A stretch of 64,000 nt of DNA from Lophium mytilinum. Its lineage: Eukaryota. The notes under the pieces were generated by a model that searched no databases, had not been told where the DNA came from, and was given only the letters and a program-made list of their open reading frames with translations. This document shows positions 39,116-51,680 of the stretch, piece after piece. Position numbers and translations under genes: made by a program. Positions within the stretch are counted from its first letter, which is position 1. Each line of letters begins with the position of its first letter. The stretch lies in NCBI GenBank assembly GCA_010093605.1, contig MU004181.1, forward strand, positions 62,001 to 126,000, given 5' to 3'.

Positions 39116-40452
39116 CTAGCTACACCTCTTGATACACTCCTCTTCTTGGTCACGAAGCCACTCCGGCATCATGTCATCGTACCTTGCCCCCAAATCAAGC
39201 TGGTCTGATTGAAGAAGCTGATTGTTACGTATGAGATCGCGCAGACTGGTGTTCCCGTTATCAGGCCACTGATTCTTCGGCAATACAGACACCTCCATTG
39301 CTAAAGCCGTGTTCAAGAAGGCGTCGACAGTACAGAAGTGTGCCCACACATACTGTAGCGCAGGATAAGATATCTGGCTCAGTTCCACCTTATAGTAGTG
39401 CTCGTTCTGGTCCCAAATCTCGGTAGCCCAGTATTTGAATGCCGTAGGATCTGTGACAAAGCTGGGAGTTGCAGGAGCAAGGACGTTGGTTGAGTCGAAA
39501 TCCATGCACCATGAGTGACCGTCAGTCAATTTGCGCAGCTGCGTCGAGTTATTGAGGTCTTTCCAGCGGATTCCTAGCAATCGACACCCAGCCTTCGCGA
39601 TGGACTTCAGATATTCACCAGGATCCTCTTTAAGGTTCCCGTGAAGGTAGGCACGGCGCTCGCAGAAAGTCTGTCTTGCGAAGGGAGCGTATATTTTCGT
39701 CGAAGTAATGAAGTTGGCAAGAGCGAGAGTGCATTGGCGTCCCTTAGATAGGAGGTCTACGATAGGTGTTTCGCGTGTGTTTTGTAGACATATTGATCGA
39801 CCGTCGGTTTCTGGGCGCTGATATACATCCGTTTTATATCGGTTGTCCTCACCTGTGCCTGCGGAGTGCTCCTCGTCGTGGTTGTAAGAGTGAGTCACGG
39901 CGTAGCCTTCGCGGTCGATTGCCAATGACATGAACTCGGCATTGCCAATACCTCCCATCTCTCCGTACACGAAGACATCAAGACGATCGCCGATGGATCG
40001 CCTATCATGGAATTCGAGCGCGAATTGACCAGATATAATTCCCGAGGTTTGCCCAAGCATGCCACGAAATGCCACGGGGTCCTTCACAAACTTTTTCAAT
40101 GCCGTGTTGATGTTCCATTGCGACTTCTGCACAGTCTCGTAGACTTTTGATAGAGGTTTCGAGACGCTGCGAAGCTTGATAAGGTCGCATACGTCCAGTT
40201 GGGAGGGTATTGATTCGAAAATCGGCCAATGGGCGTTCGGGTGGATGAGGAAGTTGTTGGAGTATATAATGTCGCTTATTCTCCGGTCCCCCTAATCTTA
40301 GGCGGGGCGTGCTTTTTCATCCAACAGAAGTCAACCAAACGTCCGCCCGGCGGTGGATCGGTGGCTACAGTCTTCAGAAATGCGGGGGCGGCGGAGGCAG
40401 ACTCAATTGGATGGGAGCCTGTAGAGGTAGCGGTCGTACAGGAGTCACCCAT
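39116..40452 (-). pseudogene. F-box-like + nucleotidyltransferase-like family copy 6, disrupted by a 72-bp insertion
   Basis: Removing 40255-40326 plus one TSD copy restores a continuous ORF MGDS...GRLVDFLIHPNAHWPIFESIPSQLDVCDLIKLRSVSK..QWNINTAL. With the insert present the frame hits TAA and shifts. Confidence 0.85.
40255..40326. mobile_element. Very short solo-LTR-like insertion (72 bp)
   Basis: Ends TGTTGGA...TCCAACA (7-bp inverted, TG..CA), flanked by a 5-bp TSD GAAGT at 40250-40254 and 40327-40331. Confidence 0.85.
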
Positions 40453-41607
40453 GATGTGATGTATGTTTGAGTTGCGAGGATGTTGGGTGGACGCTGTGAG
40501 GGTGTGGATGTGAAGTGGTAGTCGAGGGCGATGACCGGTTAACAAAACAGTTTGAACTAAGCGTTGCGTCATTTAAAGAAGCTTGTGAGTTTTCAACCAG
40601 GTGCTTGGGGTATTAAACACCGCGAACTGCCAGTAATCGATTTAATTGGTTGGTTAGCCTATTCACTATCCTAGAGGGTGCCGCCAAGAAACTGACAATC
40701 GCCGAAGAGGGACTATGCGTGTATCTGGACGACTTTTTGAGTGCAAACAAACTTATACAACAACATCACTTGTGCCAATTACAGTTGGCGCGAGCGACGC
40801 TTTTGACAAAGACTATAATGTCAGCGCCGGCTCGTGGCCCTCGATTGAGTCCTTATGTATCTCGACTTGCGCTCGTTCTTCGTGATCATAACCGCCAAAC
40901 ATTGCTAGCATCACGGGACTAGCACAATCATTCCCCATTCCGCAAAAATGACAAACTCAAGTTCGAAAAGCCCATGATTGACACCCATGACATCGATCCT
41001 ATTTGAGCATTAAGCATGGACAGAGGAAGCGAATAATTGGAACCGCGTTGAAAAAATGGAGCAGTTGCTATGCTTGGCTGGTTGGATCTCTAAGATGAGG
41101 GGCATCGAAATCTCACAGTGTGTACAAGGCTGTCAGAAACTCAATAGCGAGGCGCCCATAGGAGGTAAAATGTCACCTGGCCATGCTGTGTTCTTAGATC
41201 CTTGCTCTTACTCCAAGGCGTTCAGAGGAAGGTCGCGGCTAAGCGGACTCTCTGCCCACGAAAAGATGCATGCCCCGGGAGTCGAACCAAGGTCGACCGC
41301 GCGGGGAAAAGGTGCAAAAAAAGTGTCTAACTCCCTTTGATAGAGCGTGTCATCCTTATTACAAGGGCCTATCGCTATTCCAGACATGTCAATGTTCACT
41401 CGACTTGATGCTAGAACGAAGATCTAATGCAGTAGTCCAGACAGATAGTATTCTCTACTCAAATTCTATGGTTCCCAAACAAGTACTCATCTCTCTCCCA
41501 ACTCAATGTCGGATATCATATCAATAAGCCTCGCAGCTAGCCAGCCTACCAGCCCCTCAACTCTAAGCCATCCGACACCCCTCCCTCCTTAACCTCTCAT
41601 TCTGCTC

Positions 41608-42939
41608 CTACGGTACCTGCTTGCCCTCCGCAATCTTCCCCGCCCACTCCGCCACCATGTCGTCCAGCCACGTCGGCGGCACAAAGTCTCCAGAACGGCT
41701 ATGCAGACCCCTAAACATAAAGTCCATAAGATCAACCGGCCAGTCCTCCTTCGGCAGCTTTCCAATCTCAAGCATGAGGAGATAACGAAGCCGCCTCATC
41801 ACTTCCACGCTTCTGAGCTGGAGCCCTGCCCAGGAATATTGGAGGCCGACGAAATCCAGTGCATCTAGGGCTACGATGAACCGATCGTGGCCTGGCGCAT
41901 CATTCGTGTCAACGCGGACGCTGAAATCGGTCGCTTCGATGACGAAGTCGGGCTCTTTTGGAGTGACGAGGCCGTCTGTTGGGAAGGGGATAACCCAGGT
42001 TTTGCCGTCTGCGAGAGTGCGATAGCAGCGAGCTGGCGTTGGCTTCTCTGTGCTGCCATGGATAGAAGAAGCAGCAACGATATGATCGCGCAGATCACGT
42101 CCACTCTCAGAGGCAACGCTAAGAGCTGCCGGCATCTCCTCATCGCTATCATGCAACATGCCGTGTAGATAAGAGCGGCGCTCCTTGATAGTATACTCCG
42201 CAAAAGGCACATATGCCTTGGTGGCGGTGATGACGTTAGCGAGAGCCGTCGTGTACTGCATTCCCTTCAAAATGCTCACGACCGGCGGGCCCACGGTATA
42301 TTTGACGTAAAGCTTGGTGGGATGTACACCAGTCGGACGTTTTCGAACATAACGGTCCACCTGTGCGAGGTTAGTCATTAAATTCTTTGCTGGTGGGATG
42401 GTACTTACGCCTGTCCACAGACGATTCCTCGCTGGGGCCTGGTGCGTGTGGCCGCCGTGTTGATCGTATCCTTCGTTCTGGAGAAATGCTGTCAATGTCT
42501 CTTTATTCGGCTCCTCCTCAGACATGAAGATGTCGATGCGCTCCCCTGGAGCTCGGCGGTCGAGGAAACGCAGGACAAACTCGCCTGTTACCACTGCTTG
42601 GACTTGGCCCAAAGCGCTTCGGAATCCCACCGGGCTCTTGAAGAACTCGGACAGGGCGGTGTCGATGTTCCATTGGCTCGATTGAGCGGCGGAGAAAACA
42701 TCGTTGGCGGCCAAAGCACGGTCTACGCCACGTAGAGCAATGATGTCCCGTGGTTCAAGATATTGGGTGATAACGTCAAACATCGGGATGTACGCGGATC
42801 CATGAACCAGGAAACTTAGTGCAGTTCCGTCATCGCCGCTGCTAGTGCCGCTTTCATGCGTAATGGCATGATCAGCTGGGCGGCTGGGGTCCTCGAGGGA
42901 TTGGACGTTCGAAGATACCATAGATGAGGCGGAAGGCAT
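41608..42939 (-). CDS. F-box-like + nucleotidyltransferase-like family protein, copy 7 (probable in-frame intron 42361-42408)
   Basis: Motifs YIPMFDVITQYLEPRDIIALRGV, QWNIDTAL, VVTGEFVLRFLDR..IDIFM and TALANVITATKAYVPFA. A 48-nt GTAAGT..CTAAC..CAG sits at the same position as the paralog introns. Confidence 0.88.
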   Translation of the reverse strand: MPSASSMVSSNVQSLEDPSRPADHAITHESGTSSGDDGTALSFLVHGSAYIPMFDVITQYLEPRDIIALRGVDRALAANDVFSAAQSSQWNIDTALSEFFKSPVGFRSALGQVQAVVTGEFVLRFLDRRAPGERIDIFMSEEEPNKETLTAFLQNEGYDQHGGHTHQAPARNRLWTGVSTIPPAKNLMTNLAQVDRYVRKRPTGVHPTKLYVKYTVGPPVVSILKGMQYTTALANVITATKAYVPFAEYTIKERRSYLHGMLHDSDEEMPAALSVASESGRDLRDHIVAASSIHGSTEKPTPARCYRTLADGKTWVIPFPTDGLVTPKEPDFVIEATDFSVRVDTNDAPGHDRFIVALDALDFVGLQYSWAGLQLRSVEVMRRLRYLLMLEIGKLPKEDWPVDLMDFMFRGLHSRSGDFVPPTWLDDMVAEWAGKIAEGKQVP

Positions 42940-43747
42940 GGAATAGTGGGGGTGGGCTATTTGTGTGGTGTGGCAGGTTGTATATTAGAGTGGTTGCAAT
43001 GAGTGTATGCGAAGGCAGGAGGTATTTATAGACGTAATTTCTCAGAAGAGCCAGCCTTAGAGGGCAGTGAATTGATCGGGCTCTATATTGGAAGCAGCTC
43101 TAAATTCACCAAGTCTAGAGCACTGCTTGAATCAGTTGTACTTTCATAGCAATAAGAAGCTATACCCTACCAGAGTCAATCATGTTCAAATACTAAAGAA
43201 TACTTATAGCACGGATAGCTTGCAGCTTACTTCGAAAGGCGTCAAGAACATCTAGTATTAAAGGTCTTACGTAAAAAAATAGAGTGGATGCAAAACCCCA
43301 TTTCAAATGCTGACCTCTAGCATATTCATTTGACGGTTACGTCACAGCCTAGTAGATGCCGATTGGCCTCTTCTTACCGAAAGATTCACTTCTTCATGAA
43401 TTTGAGCCTTCTCAAGTTCTGAAATGTCGCATGCTTCGCGACATATAGACCAACTAAAAACTTCCAAGGAATACCACGTGCTTCATCGAACAAGCTACAC
43501 GTACAAGCCAGCCGTAGAACCACACCATTTTACTGCTGCTTGGATTTCCCTAGTAGGACTTTTTTTTTAGGCGCGCGATATCAAGTTCTAAGCAGTGCAA
43601 ATCTGACTACTGTTTTACTCATTGTCTACCGACTAGCTGGGCCACTCCTTACAGTGATATCAAGCACCCAAAACTAGAGCCGAGCAGCAGCAAATCCGCG
43701 TGCACATGTTCATAGCCTCCTCTTGTATCTAATAGCTGCTCTCGTTC

Positions 43748-44890
43748 CTAGAAAACGTGATAGAATCCGTGTTCTAGCCTTTCGTGGTCGGCGGTGCAGA
43801 CAACGAAGCTGGTGGAGTCAGCTACGTCGTCTGCTTGTTGTGAAGACGCTACGTTCGTCATGTTGAGATCCATGGACCACGTTTCCGAATCACTCAGCGA
43901 GCGCCGAGTGGTTGGCCACGCCACATAATCGGCCCAGTCCTCAGGGTCGTAATAAGATGGCCCTTTTGGACCCTCCTCGACGTCCCAAAGCTCACGGCCT
44001 GTTTGGGAGATGATTTCCACGCCTGCTTGGAACGCAATGCTGTTTATCCGGCCGTTGAGGCCAAAGCGGTAAGACCGGTCGTCTTTGAAGGTCCATCGTG
44101 CAAACGGCGCATAGACCTTAGACGCCGTAATAAAACTGGTGAGGGCCGTATGAGGGTATAGGCCTCGAAGAATCGCGCGGATTGGTGGGTCCATTGGGAA
44201 GATAATAATGATTATCTCCGGTCGGCCTGGCCGTTGATACATCTCGAGCTATTGCTGTCTTAGTGCGCCATTCTTTCAAGAATACTGAACAAGAAAGGGG
44301 ATACTTACTACATCCCTGCCCCCCCAAAGATCTTCCTGGATCCTTGCGTATCCTCCCTTGATGATGTAGTCTCTTATCTCCTCCCGCCTTGGTTCATTCT
44401 TCGAGACTACGATATCCAACCTGTGTCCCGAACTGGAACGGTCCAAGAAATCAAGCACAAAAGGCCCAGATATTACAGCCGATACCTGTCCAACCAAGCT
44501 GCGAAACGCAGTCGGTTTGGTAACGAAGTTGCCCAACGTGCGGTTGAGGTTCCACTGTGTCCTCATCGCAGTGGACATTTCGGCGTCTAGTGTGTGATTG
44601 ACGCGTTTGAGCCGAAGAATGTCGGCGACATGAAGACTACGAGTAATTCCATCAAAAATGGGGACATACTGCTCCCCACTGCCTAGGAAGTCGATTACGT
44701 CTCGTGGTGTTCCGGTTTCGTGGCCGTGGCCGTTGCGCAAAAAAGAGGAAGAACCGACATGTGAGGGCCTCGATTCAACCCAGCCGTTTGCAATTCTTCG
44801 TCGCTTGGACGCTGGCTCCACATGCTCTGCCACGTTTCCGTTATCACCTCGCTTTCTCTTCAATCCATTCGCTCCAGCCGTCGTGGACAT
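43748..44890 (-). CDS. F-box-like + nucleotidyltransferase-like family copy 8, C-terminally truncated (intron 44249-44308); possibly a pseudogene
   Basis: Motifs YVPIFDGITRSLHVADILRLKRV, QWNLNRTL, VISGPFVLDFLDR..LDIVV and ITASKVYAPFA. Stops at HVF* before the HxGLxxxW and terminal D..W motifs of the paralogs. Confidence 0.75.
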
Positions 44891-45649
44891 TGTAGCTAAG
44901 TTGCCAGATGATGTTGACACACTGGTAGAAGCTGACAGATTGTTGATCGTTGATTATTTGGAGGTTAGGTAGATGTTGTGAGATTTGTGGTGTGTGGGTG
45001 TGGTGACACGGGGTGGTTGTGAGTGTAAGTCCCGAAAGACGCCCCCCTCGAAGGTGGATTTATGCACCCAAAGTAGACCCGAGAAGTGACATTCAGTGCC
45101 AAAAGCGGAACATTCAGTGAACTGGCTGCCTGGTTGAGGTATGCCAGCGCATTCAAGGCAACCATTTACATCTCGCCGGTTAATGCTGAGTGCCAAGGTT
45201 GAGGCGTCCAAACAATGCTTCTGCACAACGCAATTCGATATGTCTACTGCATAGTATGTTGCGAATTGGTACACCTATGAGACTCAGTATGTTAGCATTC
45301 AAATGGATGTCGATGAGGCGAGGCTGCATTTGTAACCTTTTAATGGTTCAGTTGCACTCACCTGCACGGGAACATAGGCGATAGCAGCTTGCAGCCACGC
45401 GCAAAGTTTAGGGGCTATGAGCTGGATATACCAGACGTAGGAAAATTAGCTATACAGTTTGATTTAGATCAAGGCTGGAGAGGAAGAACTCTCAGACCAT
45501 GTTCGACACTTCGGCTGAGCTGAGGGGTTTTTTATATCATGATACATTATGGTGATTATACCAAACTTGCGGCAATGTATGTGATCAAGCGCAGATACTA
45601 GGATGAAGCAATCAATTAAAAGGTACCATATGAGTTTGAGATTAGCAAT

Positions 45650-46710
45650 CAGACGGTAGATATATCACATTGCACGATGGAGTATCCACCAGGCTCTATA
45701 AGTAACGGAAATTCGACACTGCCCTCTCTCATCACTTCGAAGATTTCAAAGCCTTCCAAAGCGGGCTGAGCTAGGTATGATGTATCCTCTCTGGCGAAGT
45801 CGCGCTCCGCTTGCTTTATCACATGTCCAAGTAGGAGGAAATAGTGAAGAACCGGACCCCACACACTCTGATGTAAGAAGATTAGCCGGTGATTGAGTAA
45901 TTGCGGCAATATCTAGGAAAGAAGGTGTATATGCAGTCGGGGATGCTCGCGGGCAGACGTGCTGCAGTAAATGCTTACATCACTAAGCCCCGAGCTTTTC
46001 AACGTACTTACCGCTGAACGTCGCAATCTTCGCGATCATAAACATCAACGACACTAACAACGCTTTCTTCACCCATCGCCCCCCATCATCACAGGCTTCA
46101 AGAGCTTGTTCCCCCTAATCGCATTTGCGAACAACGTAAGATTTATGAAAGCGTACGCCCCGTTCGCGTATTGGAGCTTCGAAACCTACCGCTTTTACCC
46201 CCACCGCCGCTCCAGTTGCGGCGAGAACATGGCGTCCCGCCTTGCCATCTTCGCCGCGACCGGCGGTGAGATTCGCGATATCGAGACCAACCCGGAAGCG
46301 TCATGAACCGCACGTCAGTATACACTCCGTAGGAGACAGCTAGACCGGCTGCATCGCTCTCAACACCGAGGCCATGACGTCCCGGATCCCGGACTTCGTC
46401 GCATCGACGACGAGTTTTTATACCAAGGCTGCCAAGGGCCAGCATGCCGAGATGGAGACGAGACGATTGAGCATGTGGTGTTGCAGCACCCGTGCTGGGG
46501 CTGCATGAGGGTGCATACGGCGTTGGCGCTGCGGTGCTGGCGGAGGCGCGGGTGGTGCGTTTGCGGGATTTTGAGATTGACTCGCTTGATGCGCGGCATG
46601 GGTCGTTTCGGCCGTCGCGCGACTGGGTGATGTTGTCTGGAGTAGGCCTAAGAGATGGCAGAGTAGGGAGGCAGCTTTTGGAGACCATGGTGGTAAGTTG
46701 GGGAGATTGA
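45650..46710 (+). pseudogene. F-box-like + nucleotidyltransferase-like family copy 9, heavily decayed
   Basis: One frame reads *RKFDTALSHHFEDFKAFQSGLS*V*CILSGEVALRLL; later PPIITGFKSLFPLIAFANNVRFMKAYAPFAYWSF..TGGEIRDIE, matching family motifs with many stops. Confidence 0.75.
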
Positions 46711-46977
46711 GACGATGCTTCTGCGTTGGTAAATGGCGTCTCGAAGCGCTTGATGTGCTCGTGCTTCAACTGTCGAAAGGTTAGAAGGTTCATGTTTTAC
46801 TCACAAAGTCTTTTGTGCGTAACCGCTAGTGAGGGGGCGATGGCTATGGATTCCTTGAAAGCGTATCTAGTTAATGAGGGGCTTGCATTACATTCATTCT
46901 GAATAGGACTAGTAGGCTGTTCAGGTTCCAACAATGATGATACACATACAAAGCGGCGGACACCTGGCGGCCAACAC

Positions 46978-48610
46978 CTAACCATCATCCTCCTCTCCAT
47001 CACGAGGATCCCGACCAAGCGTCAGGAGTCCGACACCGCGGGCGAGCGAGCACAGAGGCCAGAACGAACCCGAGAACTCGAGGTCATACCAGTAATTGAC
47101 GGCACAGCATATTCCCTCCGACGAAACCGACTGCGCTACCTTGTGGTACCACAATGCGGGCAAGTACAGCATATCGCCCTCGTCCAGCGTGACCCGCATG
47201 GCACGAGAGTACTGCGAGAACGGCGTAGCGCGCCGATCTGGAACATCGGGGTCCCAAGTTGCGAATGGCACATTTTCCTCCGGCTCATCGAGGCACACAA
47301 CGAGATCGTCTAGGACTTCGTCGTGCGTCATTGCTGGACGAACCTGCGAGGAAGACATGGAGATGTCGGAGGTGACGGATGGCGAGCGGGGAGATTCGGG
47401 GGTGACGGGCTCTCGAGGTTGGTAGGTGGCGGCTGGGATAAGCTGCTCGTTGACACATGCGCACTCGATGGGAGGTAAGAGGGTGAAGTGCTTTTGGCCA
47501 AGGACTTGCACGTAGATATTTTCGTAGTTGTCCTTGTGTAGGGCAGTGATACTGCAAGAGTTGCCTAAGAATCTTAGTAAAATAGACGGAGGAGATGGAA
47601 GGTCGAAAGACAGCCCAGATTCCGCGGCATGCGACTTGACCTTGCACATTTGCGAAGACCCATACGGTGGCCCTAAGCGTTGGGAGACGAATCGTAAAGA
47701 CATACCTAGCCATAGATTGATGGCGTCTGGGGATTTCTCCAACGCGATTCGGGCGAACGGTATGTCCTTCGGGAGGTCGGAGAATAGTGGCATGTACTCA
47801 TTGCGGAGATTGTCATTTTCTTGAAACAATCAGTGTAAGCCTAGCGATCAGGTATAGTAGACTATGAAAACATACGAGTTTGCGCGTATCTAGTCGGTCC
47901 TAAGTTCAGCGTTAGCCGAGAGGCATTCAGAGAAGCCTGGGTATGAGTTGATCTCAAGAGTTACCTGGGCCATCTATTCCTTGACGCTCTTTCTCTTGAA
48001 TCTTCTCGAGAAGCTTGTTAAATGGCTCTTCTGTGTCATAGGGCTTCACGAATAGCAACCCGTCGTCCTCAAGCTCTATGACCGAGTCTGCGTTTCTAGA
48101 AAAGAACACGTGGCGTTAGCACGGTTTTTGCTGGGCCAATCCTCCTCGAGAAGATCTCTCCAAGAATAGAGCGTGGCTGGCGAAAGAAAAGCTTACCCAT
48201 GCGGTGTCACAGCGACATTGACAAGCTGCCGACCCATGACATCCACCATGTACTTCGCATTCCACACCTTCCGCGCCGTCCAGCTCTCAGCGCCCTTCCG
48301 GACAACGAATGGCCGATTGCGGGCAACATAGCGCATGAACTCGAGCGGACTTGGCTCTTCGTGCAACTCATCGATGATTGTGGAGTTGAGTTCGTGATAC
48401 GACACGATAAGATCTGATTGGATGGGTTAGAAAAGATAAATGCGACCGTACCACAAGCACAGGCAACGAACGAAGCATCCAAAGTTTACAGAAAGACTAT
48501 GAAAGCGTATCCGACAGAGGAGGGGGCGCATTGTACTATATCGAGAGGGTAAACCACCCACCTCTTACAGCACCGGGGAGCTTCGCCATATTCGGCACAT
48601 TGAACGTCAT
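46978..48610 (-). CDS. JmjC (cupin-like) domain protein, JMJD7-like; multi-exon
   Basis: Motifs PSPLEFMRYVARNRPFV, VAVTPHGNAD, YAQTQNDNLR, PDAINLWLGN, TALHKDNYENIYVQ and GDMLYLPALWYHKV (HxD..H triad). Start codon (48610 or 48589) is uncertain. Confidence 0.9.
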
Positions 48611-48927
48611 TTTTGCTAACGTTGCAGGTCCACAAAATTAGAAGCTGGGGAAAGGCGACCAGTTCTCCAGGCGGCCCCAGGCAGTTCTGAAAAAGGGCGT
48701 GAATATATGGAGTCTGTTGAGGAAGGATGGTGGTGTGAGGTTCGATCACGCTTTCTAGCACAGCCGGATTTGTTAGGTCCCCGGATCGGCGGAACGAATC
48801 GCCGGCCCGGTGATCTCCGTCGTCTCATCAATCTCCAACACCGCGAATCCGTCACCTCTCACCCTACCATCCCTGCTTCATCGCTACTGTCGCGAGCTAT
48901 GTGTGATCAGAGCTGCAGACCGCCATC

Positions 48928-49523
48928 ATGACCCTTCTTCAAGGCCTCCGCGCTGCGCCTCGCGCTATCACTCGCTTCGTCCGACCCATCCCCTTCGTCA
49001 TCTTCAACTTCGCTCTCGTAACACATATTAGCTTTGGCTACTTTTACAGCATTCGAACTTCCACCGGCGAGAGCATGTACCCGACGTTAGCGGTGCGCGG
49101 GGACTTATGGATATGTTCGAAGCGGCACCGGCGAGGGAGGAATGTGAAAGTCGGAGATATCATCAGCTTCTCACACCCGGTCCTGTCAGGCTTAGGTGGG
49201 GTAAAAAGGGTCGTGGGAATGCCGGGAGACTTTGTGTTAGCTGGTACACCTGGTGTAGATGGGGGAGATGAGGGCGTTGGTATGGTGCAAGTGAGGGTTC
49301 TACAAAAGTTGCGAAGCTGGCTGGATGCTGACGGAGTGCTTAGGTGCCCCCGGGCCATTGCTGGGTAGCCGGCGACAATCAGACTCTGTCAAGAGACTCC
49401 CGAATCATCGGACCCGTACCACTCGCCTTAATCACCGGAAAGCTAGTTGCGATATTTTGGCCGCTGTCGAGGTTCAAGGTGCTGGAGAATGGTTTGAAAG
49501 AGCCCATACCCTGGGATCCTTGA
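48928..49523 (+). CDS. IMP1: Mitochondrial inner membrane peptidase subunit, IMP1-like (S26); intron ~49291-49343
   Basis: GESMYPT (catalytic Ser), VKRVVGMPGD (Lys), and VPPGHCWVAGDN..SRDSR..GPVPLALITGK after splicing. IMP1 versus IMP2 is not certain. Confidence 0.85.
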
Positions 49524-51680
49524 AATGATGTGGGAAAAGCAACGTAAAATACCCTAGAGAATTGTAGAATACCTGTACAAAAAGGGCGTTGCCGAACAAG
49601 GCGACAGAGTCGTGATCTTACCCCCGCTGTATATACCTAGCAGCCCGTTGGAAAAACGTCTCGGGTCGTTTCAACGTCATCTCCCCCGGTGTATAGACTG
49701 CTAGGTCGTTCGACTCCTGCTAAATTCTTTTGATTCAGGAAGAGAACAAGTTGTTTTGGCAGACATTTCGAAGACCTGAGGCTTTCTCGGAGCGCCCCAC
49801 GCGACGGCGAGACTGCTGTACGTCTATCCGGAACGTTGAAATTCACAGAGAAGTCACATGTTAGTTATTCATTACTCTTCGAAGACTTGCGAGCAGTACT
49901 ATCTCTGACCTTCCCAACTCCTCTTCGCATCGCTTAAGCCATCTACATTGCAGCTGCACTACGTTCGAATTTGGCTGAAGACAGCATTTCCATTCATCAG
50001 CAGTCGCGTTTCTGTATCTTTGATCATGACGTCCACTCTTGGCATGATCATTGTGTGCTTTCTCAACATCAAACCCCCGAGGACGCAGTCTTTTGGATGT
50101 GATCAGCGCCCGGCAAAGGGTTCCATAAGCTGGACCTGTCAACCTCAGCCAGATGTCGTCCGAGCTAATCATCATGGAAAGGTAAGTCATGGCCAATCTA
50201 CCTATAACGCAGCTCCACCTCCTTTTCTTTTGCATGGCACTATCTACGCGAGATTCGTGTTCTATCAACCCCAGCCTCGAAACAGCTGCCTTCTCGTCAC
50301 GATTATTGCCCCTCTCCTTCGTCGATCGACACCAACCCAGCCAACGTCGTCGGGTACATGTCCAGCATCTCCTCGTATTGGTTTCCCGCCCGATGAACGT
50401 CCTCGAGATCTTGGCGATGTCCCCAATACGGCTGGACGTGATGCGGCGTACCCCAATGACCATACTAGGAGGCATACCGTCTATCCGCCGCGCTTCATTG
50501 TGTCTTCGTCAACCACGATCGACTCATGCCAATATGACAGGACTAGCAAAGCGGCCGCACGGCCGATAGGTCCTTTGCCTCCCTAGAGCTCTCTTCAGCG
50601 TAAATAAGCCGTTCCAGAGGGTATGCGTAAATCTCGCCGACCAACTCCATCGCAAGCCTAGCTCCAATGACCCTCGAAAATCAGTCTATGATCTCGCTCG
50701 CCCAGTATCGGCACCCATATCCTTCTCTTCAACGACTCTGCCGTCCAATGCCAGCCCTACCACCACTTCTTCGAAAAGCGTTCTATAGTCGCGAACGTTC
50801 CCAGCCGTCGTCCCAGCACCACGTCTACTCCACGACACAAACCACTACCGCGTAATCTCCAGAATTCCACCTCGCCCCAACAACGCAACCATCATACCGA
50901 CCCTTCGCTGTCGCCAATGCAGCTCCATCGACCTCGTTCGCGTACTCGAACCTCCGATCCTTTCCTCATCCGCTCCGAACACGACCGCCACTGATGAGGA
51001 CTTATCGCCTATGGCCGCCTCGTAGCTAGCTTAGGCGCGTGCTCGGAGGAGCCGGCTAGGACGTCAAACCACCAGCCGCCATCTCCTCGACATCCTTCAC
51101 AATGGAGGGTGCTCATCCAAGACTATAGGAGCCTGTAACACCTCGTTGAGGAGGAGGTTTCGGTGAGGTAGCAACGGGTTGCACGAATGAAAAAGATCTG
51201 AAGTTGAGCTCAATGGATGAGGGTCCGGAACGCGACTACTCGGGCGATACGGACACGTGGATGGCTGTGATCGCTGCATTCTCGGCATCCGGCTTTCCAG
51301 CCTTCGTGACTCCAGTACGCCTGGGAGTACTAGAGCCCAGAATCATCAGGCGCGCGAAGTAGAATACCATGATTAGACGCGAGTAGTATATGAGCTGAAG
51401 GAGAGCTACGGAGAGCCATTAGTCACGTGATTGGCAGCCGCATCAAAGAAAACTCAAGGTAAAAACCTGGTCAAATGCCAGTATATTCCATACAAGAAGG
51501 GGGTTTGGTAACTACAAATTACCTATTACCTGACAAAGCGAGGGTAGTAATCGAAGCGAAGATGCAAAAATCACCGCGTGTAAACCCATCCAAGAACGCC
51601 CTAAACCCATCGCTAATGCAGAAGTCCCAAAACCCCAAACCCGACGTAGCCCCCTTCCCTCATCTCTTAGAAGCAACCGC

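Noticed and set aside
7451..46710. Calling the array active cGAS/OAS-like or poly(A) polymerase enzymes
   Set aside because: The GS and DxD catalytic residues are not conserved, and the fold assignment is motif-level only.
49861..51300. ~200-aa ORFs on both strands
   Set aside because: No domains or clear codon bias; cannot be supported as genes.
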